Assembly (NCBI GenBank): GCA_937889395.1
Contig: CALAOW010000083.1
Span: 1-61,711, forward strand
Reading direction: 5' to 3'
Source of the DNA: an uncultured Pseudomonadota bacterium
Lineage (GTDB): Bacteria; Desulfobacterota; Binatia; Binatales; Binataceae
DNA length: 61,711 nt
Shown here: piece after piece, positions 1-9,030 of the stretch
Numbering within the stretch: the first letter of the stretch is position 1
How the letters are laid out: each line of letters begins with the position of its first letter
The notes under the pieces: generated by a model
The model's input: only the letters and a program-made list of their open reading frames with translations
What the model was told of the DNA's origin: nothing
Database searches by the model: none
Translations under genes and position numbers: made by a program

Positions 1-1
1 A

Positions 2-1210
2 GTCGCCAAGGGCTGGTGGGACGGATTCGATCAGCCAGTCACGCCCCGTGCGATGCTCGTGTCAGGGTCGAATCCGCTGCGTCGCCATCGCGGCGGCATG
101 AATACCTATTTCAAGACTCTGTGGCCGAAGCTCGAAACGATCGTGGTTTTCGATCCCCGCTGGAGCACGACCGGTCTTTACGCGGATTATGTATTGCCGT
201 CTGCGTCCTACTACGAGTATGCGGACGTCAAGTATTCGACCCCCGACACCAGGTTGCTGTGCTTCACCGACCAGTCGGTGCCGATGCAGGGTGAGTCCCG
301 ATCGGACCGCCAGATTGCCCTCGGCGTGTTGAAAAGCGTCGCGAAGCACCTCAAGGCCCGTGGCATCGAAAAGTACGCGTCGGGCGATCGCGAGGTCATC
401 GTCGATGACCTGTACTGGCGGGCCACTTACGGCGACCGCTACGGCGACACCAACGCCGACGAAGAGCGCATGGTCGATGACTGCCTGCATGCCCTCGGCG
501 AAATGGGCTGGCTTACGACCCTCGATGGCGAGGACCTTAGCCTCGCCAACATGCGCAAGAACGGCAAGGCTTGGCTGAGCGGGCGCCCGCCCTGGCACGG
601 GATGGTGTGCCAGAGCACGGATATGGTCCCGCGCCAGGTTCATGTGCCGATGAGAGACCAGGTGGAAATGAAGGTCCCGTACGCGACCACCACCCGGCGC
701 ATCGCGTTCTACATCGATCACCCGTACTTCATCGAGGCGGACGAGGCCCTCGTCCTCTGTAAGCGGCCTCCCGACATCGGCGGTCACCAGCCGTGCCGGA
801 TAACCGGCGGTCACGTCCGATGGAGCATCCACGCCAATTGGCATACTTCGCTCGAAATGATGAAGCTGCATCGCGGCGAGCCGTTCGCGTTCGTCAATAA
901 TACTGCCGCGCGCAAAAAGGCCATCGAGGACAATGACTTCATTCGCGTTTACAATGACTACGGCTCCTTCATAACTCGCGCGAAGCTGTCCGCCTGCGTG
1001 CGGCCGGATCAGTTGGTCATCTACCATGCCTGGGAGCCGTATCAGCATCCCAACGGCATGCCCGCAGACGGCCTGATGCCTGGCCCGCCCAAAGGGCTCC
1101 ACTTTGCCGGTGGCTATCGGCATTTCGAGTACACGCTGTTTAGCTGGGCGCCGTCGCAGTCGGATCGCCAGACCAATATCGATTACGAGAAGGCTGAGTT
1201 TCAGGCATAA
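2..1210 (+). CDS. Molybdopterin oxidoreductase catalytic (alpha) subunit, C-terminal part, type II DMSO-reductase family (NarG/EbdA-like); 5' end lies outside the window
   Basis: The frame is open from nt 2, with no stop before the first Met at 53. It carries a C-terminal molybdopterin-dinucleotide-binding-type block (GGHVRWSIHANWH, RGEPFAFVN, IRVYNDYGSFITRAKLS, VRPDQLVIYHAWEP) and a NarG-like tail (GGYRHFEY...SDRQTNIDYEK). Confidence 0.75.
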   Translation, partial: VAKGWWDGFDQPVTPRAMLVSGSNPLRRHRGGMNTYFKTLWPKLETIVVFDPRWSTTGLYADYVLPSASYYEYADVKYSTPDTRLLCFTDQSVPMQGESRSDRQIALGVLKSVAKHLKARGIEKYASGDREVIVDDLYWRATYGDRYGDTNADEERMVDDCLHALGEMGWLTTLDGEDLSLANMRKNGKAWLSGRPPWHGMVCQSTDMVPRQVHVPMRDQVEMKVPYATTTRRIAFYIDHPYFIEADEALVLCKRPPDIGGHQPCRITGGHVRWSIHANWHTSLEMMKLHRGEPFAFVNNTAARKKAIEDNDFIRVYNDYGSFITRAKLSACVRPDQLVIYHAWEPYQHPNGMPADGLMPGPPKGLHFAGGYRHFEYTLFSWAPSQSDRQTNIDYEKAEFQA

Positions 1211-1212
1211 TC

Positions 1213-2445
1213 ATGTCCAAAGTCGGCGGTGCGTTGCCATCATGGTATTGGCCTGCAGGCATCCCGCGTCGAGTTCCGGTAGCACAGCAGCCGCTAGGCC
1301 GTCTGTTCCGGCAGCGATTCGCGACCATGAAAGACCGAATCGCGGTCGCGGACAAAAATGTCCGCATCAGTTACGGTGAACTACTCGAGCAAGGCCTGAG
1401 TCTCGCCGGCGGTATCCAGGCCGCCGGCCTCACCGGCACCATCGCGATCTCCGATCCTGATCCGGTCGAGAGTCTGCGCCTGTGCCTTGCCGGTTTGTTC
1501 GCCGGGCGCCGCATCTTGCTCGCAGATCCCGCAGCCTCCGCCGAGCAGCTCGCGGCCCGGCTTGCCGAGGGGAACGCTTCTGCCCTCATCACCTCAGATG
1601 GCGCCGGGCCTGCCCAGGCCGCGGGCGTCAGAATGGTCGCGAGGAGCGAACTGCAAGGAACATTCAGCGAAGCGGGAACAGCGATACGCGCGACGGAGCC
1701 CGCGCTACTGCTTCCGACCGGCCATGGGCTGGTCGCGCATTCACATTTCTCTGTGTCGGCGATGGCCGCCTCGATGGCCGCATTCATTCCCCGGCTGCGC
1801 GAGATCCCGTTTGTATGCACCGAACCTACGATCGGCTCTTGGGAGATGCTGACAGGTATTTTGCTGGCCATTTCACAGGGTAAGCCTGTTGTATTTGCCA
1901 GCCTCGAAGAGTTCGACACCGGCGAGTTGGCCGACCTCACCAATGGCGCCTATATGATTATTCAACGAAGCCAGGCCGACGCAATGTTGGCGGAAGGTCG
2001 GACGCCGCCGATGATTAGTCAGTCTGCTAATGTCTTCGTCTCGACCGGATCTTTCGCGCCGCGGTGGCGCCGCCGGATGGAAGCGCTATGTGGCCGGCCG
2101 ATCTTTCCGATCTGGGGACTGCCCGAGGTCGGCCCTCTGGTTTCCGCTCATCCGACATGGATTCCGCCGCATGGACACGGATTTCCGCTCGTCAATGTCT
2201 CTCTAATTCCGATCGATCCGAAAAGCGGCAAGGTTTCGATCGTGCCGTGGGAGATGCTCGTTCAGGCGGAGGTTGGCGTCGAGGCGCTGTCCGCGATGGT
2301 CGGCTACGTCGAGCCTGCCCGCAACGTCGGTCTCAAAATCGGCACCGCGGTGAGGACGCGCCAGGTCGCGTCGATGGATCATGTTGGCGTGGTTGCCCTG
2401 CAGGGCGCCCCGTTCGACGGCTATGGAGCCGCCGGTGGCAACTGA
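1213..2445 (+). CDS. Adenylate-forming (ANL) superfamily protein, degenerate, N-terminal domain only
   Basis: ATG lies 2 nt after the upstream stop. The layout is ANL-like (RISYGELLEQGLSLAGGIQAAG; WGLPEVGP in place of YGxTE). No [ST]SG[ST]TGxPK P-loop is visible (LLLPTGHGLVAHSH sits at that position), TGD is replaced by TRQ, and the ORF ends at the hinge with no C-terminal subdomain. Confidence 0.6.
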   Translation: MSKVGGALPSWYWPAGIPRRVPVAQQPLGRLFRQRFATMKDRIAVADKNVRISYGELLEQGLSLAGGIQAAGLTGTIAISDPDPVESLRLCLAGLFAGRRILLADPAASAEQLAARLAEGNASALITSDGAGPAQAAGVRMVARSELQGTFSEAGTAIRATEPALLLPTGHGLVAHSHFSVSAMAASMAAFIPRLREIPFVCTEPTIGSWEMLTGILLAISQGKPVVFASLEEFDTGELADLTNGAYMIIQRSQADAMLAEGRTPPMISQSANVFVSTGSFAPRWRRRMEALCGRPIFPIWGLPEVGPLVSAHPTWIPPHGHGFPLVNVSLIPIDPKSGKVSIVPWEMLVQAEVGVEALSAMVGYVEPARNVGLKIGTAVRTRQVASMDHVGVVALQGAPFDGYGAAGGN

Positions 2446-3127
2446 AAATCCATATCTGTTGTTCGACGTTCCCGGCGGCCGTCTTGCCTTCGGCGACGGA
2501 GACCTCGACATCTGGGCGGAACATCTCGCCTGGTGTTACCGGATGATGGGCATCCCGGACGGTGCAACGATCGCGGTTCAGGACTTCGGCAGCAGTCCCA
2601 TATCGTTTCTCGGCTCGAGTCTGCTGATGCCGGGCCTTCAACGCGGAGTCGCCGAACGTATCGATGGCCGCTTCATTTGCCTCGACGCTTCCGCAGAGCG
2701 CGTGACGCTCACGCCGGCTCTGCTGGCGCAACTGGCCGTCGACGCGCTCATCATCAGAGAAGACGTGCTCGTGCTGCTTTCCGCGCAGCTGCACAAAAAG
2801 GGACTTGCAGAGCTCGCACAGCGCACGATGAAAACAATTGTGGTGTTCGGCGACGAGCCTCCCGCCCTCAATCCGGTCCGCCTGCCGCCGTCGCGCCATC
2901 TTATGCACATCGAAAACGCCCTTCTGCTCGCACCCCAGTGCGTCAAGTGCGAGTGCTTCCACCTCCGCGAAGGATTCTACGAAGTTGACGGACGGATGAT
3001 TCGCAACCTCCGGCTGGCCGCGCCGACCTACGACCTGCCGCGCGGCGAACTGTTCTCGCCTTCGCACTGTGCCGCGGGCATCCGCGACTGGTGTATCGGC
3101 TGGTCACCTCGCGGACAAGGTATTTGA
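2423..3127 (+). CDS. Hypothetical protein with weak PaaK-like (adenylate-forming) resemblance and no P-loop
   Basis: ATG at 2423 (MEPPVATENPY) overlaps the upstream stop by 23 nt. LLAPQCVKCECFHLREGFYEVDG resembles the PaaK 'EC...G.H..ED' segment. The start is uncertain, since the track ORF begins at 2381. Confidence 0.55.
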   Translation: MEPPVATENPYLLFDVPGGRLAFGDGDLDIWAEHLAWCYRMMGIPDGATIAVQDFGSSPISFLGSSLLMPGLQRGVAERIDGRFICLDASAERVTLTPALLAQLAVDALIIREDVLVLLSAQLHKKGLAELAQRTMKTIVVFGDEPPALNPVRLPPSRHLMHIENALLLAPQCVKCECFHLREGFYEVDGRMIRNLRLAAPTYDLPRGELFSPSHCAAGIRDWCIGWSPRGQGI

Positions 3128-3133
3128 TCGGCG

Positions 3134-4426
3134 ATGCGTGACACTACTTCGAGCTGCGCGCGAAACGATGCCATCGAGACCCTTTCGGGTGCGCAATTGA
3201 CTGCCTGGCAGACCGACCGTCTGCGCGAGGTCGCCAACCACGCTTACCTCGAGGTTCCATTCTACCGCGAACTGTGGGACCGGGCTGGCGTCGAACCGGG
3301 GCTGCTTCGTTCGCTCGAAGATTTCGCCCGCTTCCCTACGATTTCCAAGCATGACCTCGTACAAGCTGGCCGCTTTTGGACAAACCCCCATCAGGGCTCC
3401 GTCGCATTCAGTACGCGCGGCACTTCAGGCGCTCCTCTCCTCGTATGGCTGAGCGCGGAGGAAGAGGAAGCATACATTCAGCCGACGATGCGCGGCTTTC
3501 GTTGGGCGGGATTCCGCTCCGGGATGACTGCCCTGTTGATGAGCCCGGTATGGCACCGTCTCGCCGCCTGCGAGGCGCACGCAATCGCACGCTTGGGCGG
3601 CCGCTGCGCGTTTTTCTGGGGAAGCATGGGATCCGAGTACACCGACTCCTTCCTTCATACGCTGTCCTCGGCGCGACCGGAATTCATCACGACCACCGCG
3701 CCGTTTCTGCTCTCCCTGGTTCGAGGGAGCACCGGCGCCACGATTCGGCCGCACGACCTTTTCAAGGGAGTACGCTCGGTCGTCGTCGTGGGTTTGCCGC
3801 TCACGCCGCGCATGCGCGAGTTCCTTCGCGACCGCCTCGAAGTCGAGGATGTCTTCGAACGCGGTGGAACGCAGGAAGGAGCTGCAATTGACGAATGCCG
3901 ATTCCATTCCGCTCCCCACGTGCACGAGGACGTCTGCTACCTCGAAGTCATCGACGATGCTGGCATTCACGTCGCGCCCGGTGTCCGCGGACGTCTGATC
4001 GTTACCAAGCTCACCACTACCGGGAGCACCTTCGTGCGTTACGACACTGAAGACATTGCCGCATTCGCACCCGGCGACTGCCCGTGCGGTTCTGGTTTTC
4101 GCAGACTGAGGATTTACGGACGTCCCGAGAGCAGCGTGCTCGTCGGCGACCGGCTAATCACCGCCTACGACGTCCGGATGTGCATCGAGGAAGACCCCGC
4201 TCTGGTGGGCCGCAACGTGTTGCTGATCCGCGAGGCCAACGCGCAGGCCGGCGTCCTGACCGTCGCCGTCGAAGGTGAGGCGCACGACTCGGCCAACTTG
4301 CAGGCGCGCCTGCGCGAGCAACTCGGGGTCGCCAGCGCCGACATCGTCTGGCTCGGCGACCTCAGAGTCAACTGGGGTTTCCGCCAGGTGCTCGACGGTC
4401 GCGAGATACGACTCCCCAGGAACTGA
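3134..4426 (+). CDS. Phenylacetate-CoA ligase (PaaK) / coenzyme F390 synthetase-like adenylating enzyme
   Basis: PaaK-type N-terminus (FYRELWDRAGVEP...LEDFARFPTISKHDL), a P-loop-like STRGTSGAPLLVW, and a GGTQEGAAIDEC...HVHEDVCYLEVID block. Confidence 0.75.
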   Translation: MRDTTSSCARNDAIETLSGAQLTAWQTDRLREVANHAYLEVPFYRELWDRAGVEPGLLRSLEDFARFPTISKHDLVQAGRFWTNPHQGSVAFSTRGTSGAPLLVWLSAEEEEAYIQPTMRGFRWAGFRSGMTALLMSPVWHRLAACEAHAIARLGGRCAFFWGSMGSEYTDSFLHTLSSARPEFITTTAPFLLSLVRGSTGATIRPHDLFKGVRSVVVVGLPLTPRMREFLRDRLEVEDVFERGGTQEGAAIDECRFHSAPHVHEDVCYLEVIDDAGIHVAPGVRGRLIVTKLTTTGSTFVRYDTEDIAAFAPGDCPCGSGFRRLRIYGRPESSVLVGDRLITAYDVRMCIEEDPALVGRNVLLIREANAQAGVLTVAVEGEAHDSANLQARLREQLGVASADIVWLGDLRVNWGFRQVLDGREIRLPRN

Positions 4427-5541
4427 TGGAGGCGCCGATGAAACTGATGCTCCCGACCAATTGGGATCCCGAACTCATCGCGCAAATTGCGCCGTTCAAG
4501 CCCGATTACATTTACGGAAGCCTGCCGAGCGAGGCTACGCTCCGCTCGTCACAGGTGCTGTCCGACGCGAGCGAAGACGATATAGCGCGCCATGTTTCAC
4601 AAGCCTCGCAGCACGGCATTCGTCTCGTTTACGTCATGAACGCCACCTGTCTGGGAAACAAGGAATACTCGGAAGAAGGCCGTGGTCAGCTGTTGCAGCG
4701 TCTCCAGTGGCTTGTCGATATCGGGGCGGCGGCTGTCGTCACGGCCAATCCGTTCGTGATGGAGCTGATGCGCGAGAATTTTCCCGCTCTCGAGCTGCAC
4801 ATTTCGGTACTCGCATCGGTCAATGACGCCCGCAAGGCAAAATTCTTCGACGACTTGGGCGCCACCGTCATTCATCTCGATCCCCAGGTTAATCGCGACT
4901 TCCGCCATATCGAGGCCATACGCAAGGCGGTCGGATGCCGTCTCTCGCTGGTGGTCAACGAGGGATGCCTGCTGAGCTGTCCCATCCGCCAGTATCACTC
5001 CAATATGATTTCCCATTCGGGCGAAAGTATCACCAGCCGATACTACGTGGACTACTGTTACTACCGCTGCTCGCTTATCAAGCTCAACGACGCCGCCGAG
5101 CATCTTCGCTCGCCATGGATCAGACCCGAGGATCTCGCCATCTACGAAAACTTGGGGATCGACCTGTTCAAGGTTGCCGGCCGTGAAAAGATGGAAGAGG
5201 GACCAAGCTCGCACACCGATTGGATCGCCATGGTCGCCAATGCGTATCACTCGAGGCACTGCGAGGACATCGCCCGCCTCCTCGTCGGCATCCAGCCGCC
5301 TCACAAGCTCTTCGGCGAGGCGCCTGAGCCGTTGGCCGTCCGAATCGACAGTGCGGAGCTCGATGGCTTCCTGCGCTTCTTCCAGGACGACCATTGTTCG
5401 CTCGATTGCGACCAGTGTGACTATTGCGGGAATTGGGCGCGGCGTGCCGTCCACGTCAGCGGCAGGCCGACGGAATGCGCGCAGGCGCTCGCAGACGACG
5501 TGCAAACCATTCGAGTCGGAAGTTATCGGAGTGGCAGGTGA
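4426..5541 (+). CDS. Peptidase U32-family protein (UbiU/UbiV/TrhP-type fold) with a Cys-rich C-terminus
   Basis: ATG overlaps the upstream TGA (TGATG at 4424-4428). U32-like N-terminus (KLMLPTNWDPELI...DYIYGSL) and core (VVNEGCLLSCPIRQYH). C-terminal cysteines (CSLDCDQCDYCGNW) are compatible with an Fe-S site. Confidence 0.6.
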   Translation: MEAPMKLMLPTNWDPELIAQIAPFKPDYIYGSLPSEATLRSSQVLSDASEDDIARHVSQASQHGIRLVYVMNATCLGNKEYSEEGRGQLLQRLQWLVDIGAAAVVTANPFVMELMRENFPALELHISVLASVNDARKAKFFDDLGATVIHLDPQVNRDFRHIEAIRKAVGCRLSLVVNEGCLLSCPIRQYHSNMISHSGESITSRYYVDYCYYRCSLIKLNDAAEHLRSPWIRPEDLAIYENLGIDLFKVAGREKMEEGPSSHTDWIAMVANAYHSRHCEDIARLLVGIQPPHKLFGEAPEPLAVRIDSAELDGFLRFFQDDHCSLDCDQCDYCGNWARRAVHVSGRPTECAQALADDVQTIRVGSYRSGR

Positions 5542-6080
5542 ACCAAGCAACTCAATCTCTCGACCTACAAATTCTGGCTGGGATCCATATGCTTTTCGCG
5601 GCCGTGTTCGTCGGCTCCAATATATTTCTGGATTTCCTTTTGACTCCGCGCCTCGATCTGATTCCGCCCGGACAGGCGGCGCGGCTCGGCGACAAGCTCG
5701 GCACCGACTTCGCCTGGCTGAACTGGATGGCCCTGGTGGGATCCCCGCTGAGCGGACTCCTGCTGCTGTGGCGATTGGGCAATTTGCCGTCGTTGCTCGA
5801 CCCGAGTTTCCTCTTCAGCGGTTACGGTGTCGCCCTGCTGTGCATGATTACGCTCTGGTTTACCTTGATAATAACCGCCTCAATCCTGACCTTCTACCTG
5901 CGCCCGCGCGTCGTAGTGAAACTTCCCTACGATGCCACGCGTCAGCAGGTCGAGGGCTCTCGTACCGACGCTATGAACTATGCGGACTGGATGAAGACTC
6001 TGGCGCGTTACAACGTATACGCGTCGTGCCTCATAATAGTCATAGGCGGTTTTCTGCGCTTCGGAGGTTTTCCATTCTGA
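5538..6080 (+). CDS. Integral membrane protein (about 4 TM helices), function unknown
   Basis: GTG at 5538 overlaps the U32 stop (GTGA at 5538-5541), in the same frame as track ORF 5424..6080. Hydrophobic segments include MLFAAVFVGSNIFLDFLL, WMALVGSPLSGLLLLW, GVALLCMITLWFTLIITASILTFYL and ASCLIIVIGGFL. An alternative ATG start lies in the same frame about 50 nt downstream (MLFAAVF). Confidence 0.6.
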   Translation: MNQATQSLDLQILAGIHMLFAAVFVGSNIFLDFLLTPRLDLIPPGQAARLGDKLGTDFAWLNWMALVGSPLSGLLLLWRLGNLPSLLDPSFLFSGYGVALLCMITLWFTLIITASILTFYLRPRVVVKLPYDATRQQVEGSRTDAMNYADWMKTLARYNVYASCLIIVIGGFLRFGGFPF

Positions 6081-6130
6081 GATGCTGACAGCGAGGCCAC
6101 AAACCGCAGCTCTCTTGATCGGCGCGCCGT

Positions 6131-7180
6131 TTGCGCGGCGCATTGGATAGACGACCCGTGCAATCAGATAACGAAAGCGCAACCGTCCGAACTCAGGCGT
6201 CACAGCTACGCGACCGGTTCGGGCGCACCATGAAGAAACTGCGCATCTCGCTGACTGATCGCTGCAACTTCCGTTGCGTTTACTGCATGCCGGAGTGTCC
6301 GGTCTGGGGCCCCAGGGAAGTAGTCCTCAGCCTCGAGGAACTCCATCATCTGGCTGCCGTTTTCGTAGCTCGCTTCGGACTTGAGCAGATACGCCTGACC
6401 GGTGGCGAGCCTCTCTTGCGCAGCGGTGCGCCCCGATTCGTGTCCATGCTCCAAAGCCTCCGGGCCTCCGGCCTTCGGCGCGTCTCGCTCTCGACCAACG
6501 GCGCCCTGCTGGCGCGGTACGCGCGGGAACTCGCCGAGTCAGGCCTCGACGGCGCCAACGTCAGCCTCGATTCGCTGTCTCCCGCCCGATTTCACCAAAT
6601 CACCGGCGGCGGCAACCTGCCCGAGGTTCTGCGTGGGATCGAGAGTGCGCGTGAGGCCGGACTACCGGTAAAACTCAACGCCGTGGTGATGCGCGGGACC
6701 AATGACACCGAAGTTCCAGCGCTCGCTGCCTGGGCATACCGCGCCGACATCCCTCTGCGCTTTATCGAGTTCATGCCTCTGGACAGTCGCGGCCTTTGGA
6801 GTCCCGATAAGGTCTTCACCGAGCGCGAGATCGTCGCGCTCCTGGCGCGGGATTTCGAGGTCAAGCCGCTTCCGCGTACTGACGAACCGGCGAGCTACTA
6901 TCTCCTGAACGGACACTTCCGCCTCGGTGTAATTTCGACAATCTCCAATGCCTTCTGCGCGCGATGCGATCGCATCCGGCTCACTGCCGATGGAAGGCTG
7001 TTCTCGTGCTTGTTCTCGCCCACAGGCATCGACCTCAAGAGCGCGCTGCGCCCCACGGTCAATCCGGATTTGCTTGAATCGCGGATAGAAGCGGCGATCC
7101 TGAATAAGTCCCCCGGCTTCGTCGACCGTTCCGCGTCAATGGATCGCGCGAATGTAGGAATGCACGTGCTCGGGGGCTGA
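6131..7180 (+). CDS. moaA: GTP 3',8-cyclase MoaA (radical SAM, molybdenum cofactor biosynthesis)
   Basis: LRDRFGRTMKKLRISLTDRCNFRCVYCMP (CxxxCxxC), a second cluster motif FCARCDRIRLTADGRLFSCLF, and a C-terminal GG. The start is uncertain: TTG at 6131, or GTG/ATG further downstream. Confidence 0.9.
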   Translation: MRGALDRRPVQSDNESATVRTQASQLRDRFGRTMKKLRISLTDRCNFRCVYCMPECPVWGPREVVLSLEELHHLAAVFVARFGLEQIRLTGGEPLLRSGAPRFVSMLQSLRASGLRRVSLSTNGALLARYARELAESGLDGANVSLDSLSPARFHQITGGGNLPEVLRGIESAREAGLPVKLNAVVMRGTNDTEVPALAAWAYRADIPLRFIEFMPLDSRGLWSPDKVFTEREIVALLARDFEVKPLPRTDEPASYYLLNGHFRLGVISTISNAFCARCDRIRLTADGRLFSCLFSPTGIDLKSALRPTVNPDLLESRIEAAILNKSPGFVDRSASMDRANVGMHVLGG

Positions 7181-7212
7181 ATGCAGTGCGGATCGGATAC
7201 CCTATATACAGA

Positions 7213-8520
7213 ATGAACAGACCCAATGACGCACCGCACACGCTCGTTCGACTGATTGCGATCGTGATGCTGGCGCTCTTGACCCAACTCACCGCGCCGA
7301 ACTCTGCCGCGGCCCAGGTGCGGCCCGGGGACATCATCACCGACCGCAACGCGTACAAAGCAAGGGAGCTGGTGTCGCCCGGAGTTTATCTCAGGATAAC
7401 CCGCGGGATGAGCATGCAGATCGTGCCAAGCGAACGCATCGAATGGCCTCCGCCGTATCGCGAGGCCACCGAGAAATATTCCTCGCAGGTCCGGCTTTCC
7501 AATGACCATAGGAGCCTGGTGGGATACGTAGCGGGACTGCCCTTCCCGTTCATCGATCCGAACGATCCCACTGCCGGGACGAAGCTGATGTGGAACGACA
7601 CGTTTCGGCCCACTTCCACCGACGATTATGATGCGCGCGACTTCAGCTGCATCAGCGAGTACGATGGGTTGAATCGCCCGTACGTTCCAATCAACTACTA
7701 CGAGTTCGGTCATCTGGCCAGTTACAACCTCGTCGGCCGCACCGAGGTCGAGCCGATGCCCACCGACCCCGATTTCCTGACCAGCGGGCGGCTTTTGCTG
7801 ATCGGCTTCTATCCATTTCTGGCGCCGCAAGAGGACCGTGGCCGTGGCTTCGTCCGCTATCGATATGCCGATCCTCTCAAGGGTGACGACACTTGGGGAT
7901 GGAGCCCCGGGAATCGACGAGTCAGGAGGCTTGGCGAGGCGTTCCTGGGATCCTCGGCCGGTGCGATTACATGGTCACTCGACAATTTTCAGGGGTTCGC
8001 CGCCAAGAATGAAAACTACAACTGGCGCCTCCTGGGCGAGAAATCCATGCTTGCTTCCATAGCCGCCGCTCACGTGCCGGAAGTAACCTGCCCGACCGAC
8101 GGCGGCGCCAGCGCATGTCCCGAGCGTTGGCAATTACGCCGGATGTACATCGTCGAGGGGCAAGCACGGCGCGACCGGGTTCCCGAGGAACTGTTCGGAC
8201 GCCATGTCATGTACCTGGATGCCGAGGCGGAATCCATAATGTACCAGGATTTCTACAATCGCGCCGGTGAACTCTGGAAGAACTACATAAGCTGGATGGC
8301 TTATCGCGATCGCGCCGTACCGGACGCGCGCATCGCGATTTACCCATTCAAACGCGTATTCCAGGTCGGCGCGAGCATCGATGATCTGACCGCCGGATTC
8401 GCCTCGATGTGTTACCTCCCCGCACAGGACACCACCGAGCGCGAGTCCTGGTACATCAACATGGGTGCGGTGGACAAGAGTTTCTTCACCGTCAAGGCGC
8501 TCGCGGCAGCCGCGCCGTAA
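7213..8520 (+). CDS. DUF1329-family secreted protein (LolA-like outer-membrane lipoprotein-sorting fold family)
   Basis: Signal peptide MNRPNDAPHTLVRLIAIVMLALLTQLTAPNSAAAQ. DUF1329-like blocks GYVAGLPFPFIDPNDP..GTKLMWN, YNLVGRTE and WSPGNRRVRRL. An alternative GTG start exists at 7186. Confidence 0.65.
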   Translation: MNRPNDAPHTLVRLIAIVMLALLTQLTAPNSAAAQVRPGDIITDRNAYKARELVSPGVYLRITRGMSMQIVPSERIEWPPPYREATEKYSSQVRLSNDHRSLVGYVAGLPFPFIDPNDPTAGTKLMWNDTFRPTSTDDYDARDFSCISEYDGLNRPYVPINYYEFGHLASYNLVGRTEVEPMPTDPDFLTSGRLLLIGFYPFLAPQEDRGRGFVRYRYADPLKGDDTWGWSPGNRRVRRLGEAFLGSSAGAITWSLDNFQGFAAKNENYNWRLLGEKSMLASIAAAHVPEVTCPTDGGASACPERWQLRRMYIVEGQARRDRVPEELFGRHVMYLDAEAESIMYQDFYNRAGELWKNYISWMAYRDRAVPDARIAIYPFKRVFQVGASIDDLTAGFASMCYLPAQDTTERESWYINMGAVDKSFFTVKALAAAAP

Positions 8521-8539
8521 TCTGCGCGAGGGGAGCCCG

Positions 8540-8989
8540 ATGTTCAGGCGCTTCGACTTCGAAAAGGACCTGTACGAGACGCTCGAGTTTATGCCGCTGT
8601 CGGTACGGCGCAAACTGGACTTGGCTGGTGTGAAGCTCCATTTGAAAGAATGGCAGGCGCTTTCGCGGGTCGAGCGCATGGTGATCTGCCACTTCCCGGC
8701 CGCATCCCCGGAGGAACGCGACGTTCTGGCGGCCTTTCTGCGCGACGCGGTGAAGACACGCGCGGGAACCGATCTCGCGACCATGAAGCCCGCATCGCAC
8801 GACGCTGCGCCCGACGCCGGCCAAGTGCCGCCGGATGTTGCGCGGCTGATCGCCGAGCTTAAGCTGCCGGAGAAGCGCTGGTCGCTTCTCGATCCCGATG
8901 AACGCTTCGCGCTGGCAAAGATGGCGCGCGGCGGAGCCGATAAGTTTATGAGCGCATGGTCCGAGTTCGCGGACAAGCGGCGACCATAG
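8540..8989 (+). CDS. Nitrate reductase-associated protein family (function unknown)
   Basis: GAGGGGA RBS, then ATG at 8540. MFRRFDFEKDLYETLEFMPLSVRRKLDLAGVKLHLKEWQALS..ERMVICHFP matches my memory of the 'nitrate reductase associated' conserved hypothetical family. Confidence 0.6.
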   Translation: MFRRFDFEKDLYETLEFMPLSVRRKLDLAGVKLHLKEWQALSRVERMVICHFPAASPEERDVLAAFLRDAVKTRAGTDLATMKPASHDAAPDAGQVPPDVARLIAELKLPEKRWSLLDPDERFALAKMARGGADKFMSAWSEFADKRRP

Positions 8990-9030
8990 ATATTCTTGCC
9001 CGGCGCGGAAGGATAAACAGGAGAACTACG

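Noticed and set aside
62-1123. Long antisense or out-of-frame ORFs opposite or overlapping real genes. Examples: 62..1123(-), 2333..3067(-), 4597..5550(-), 12430..13329(-), 22400..23098(-), 23482..24492(+), 26520..28088(+), 30052..30882(-), 30913..31860(-), the first 800 nt of 31038..32588(+), 41542..42465(-), 52326..53666(-), 54922..55860(-), 56040..57047(+), 57516..58532(+) and 59945..61228(-).
   Set aside because: These are typical high-GC shadow ORFs. Their translations are Arg/Ala/Pro/Gly-rich with no motifs, and each overlaps a frame that has clear family signatures.
6081-6230. Moco riboswitch upstream of moaA.
   Set aside because: The region lacks the conserved Moco-motif elements as I remember them. 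It also translates in frame into the conserved MoaA N-terminus (LRDRFGR...), so it is most likely coding.
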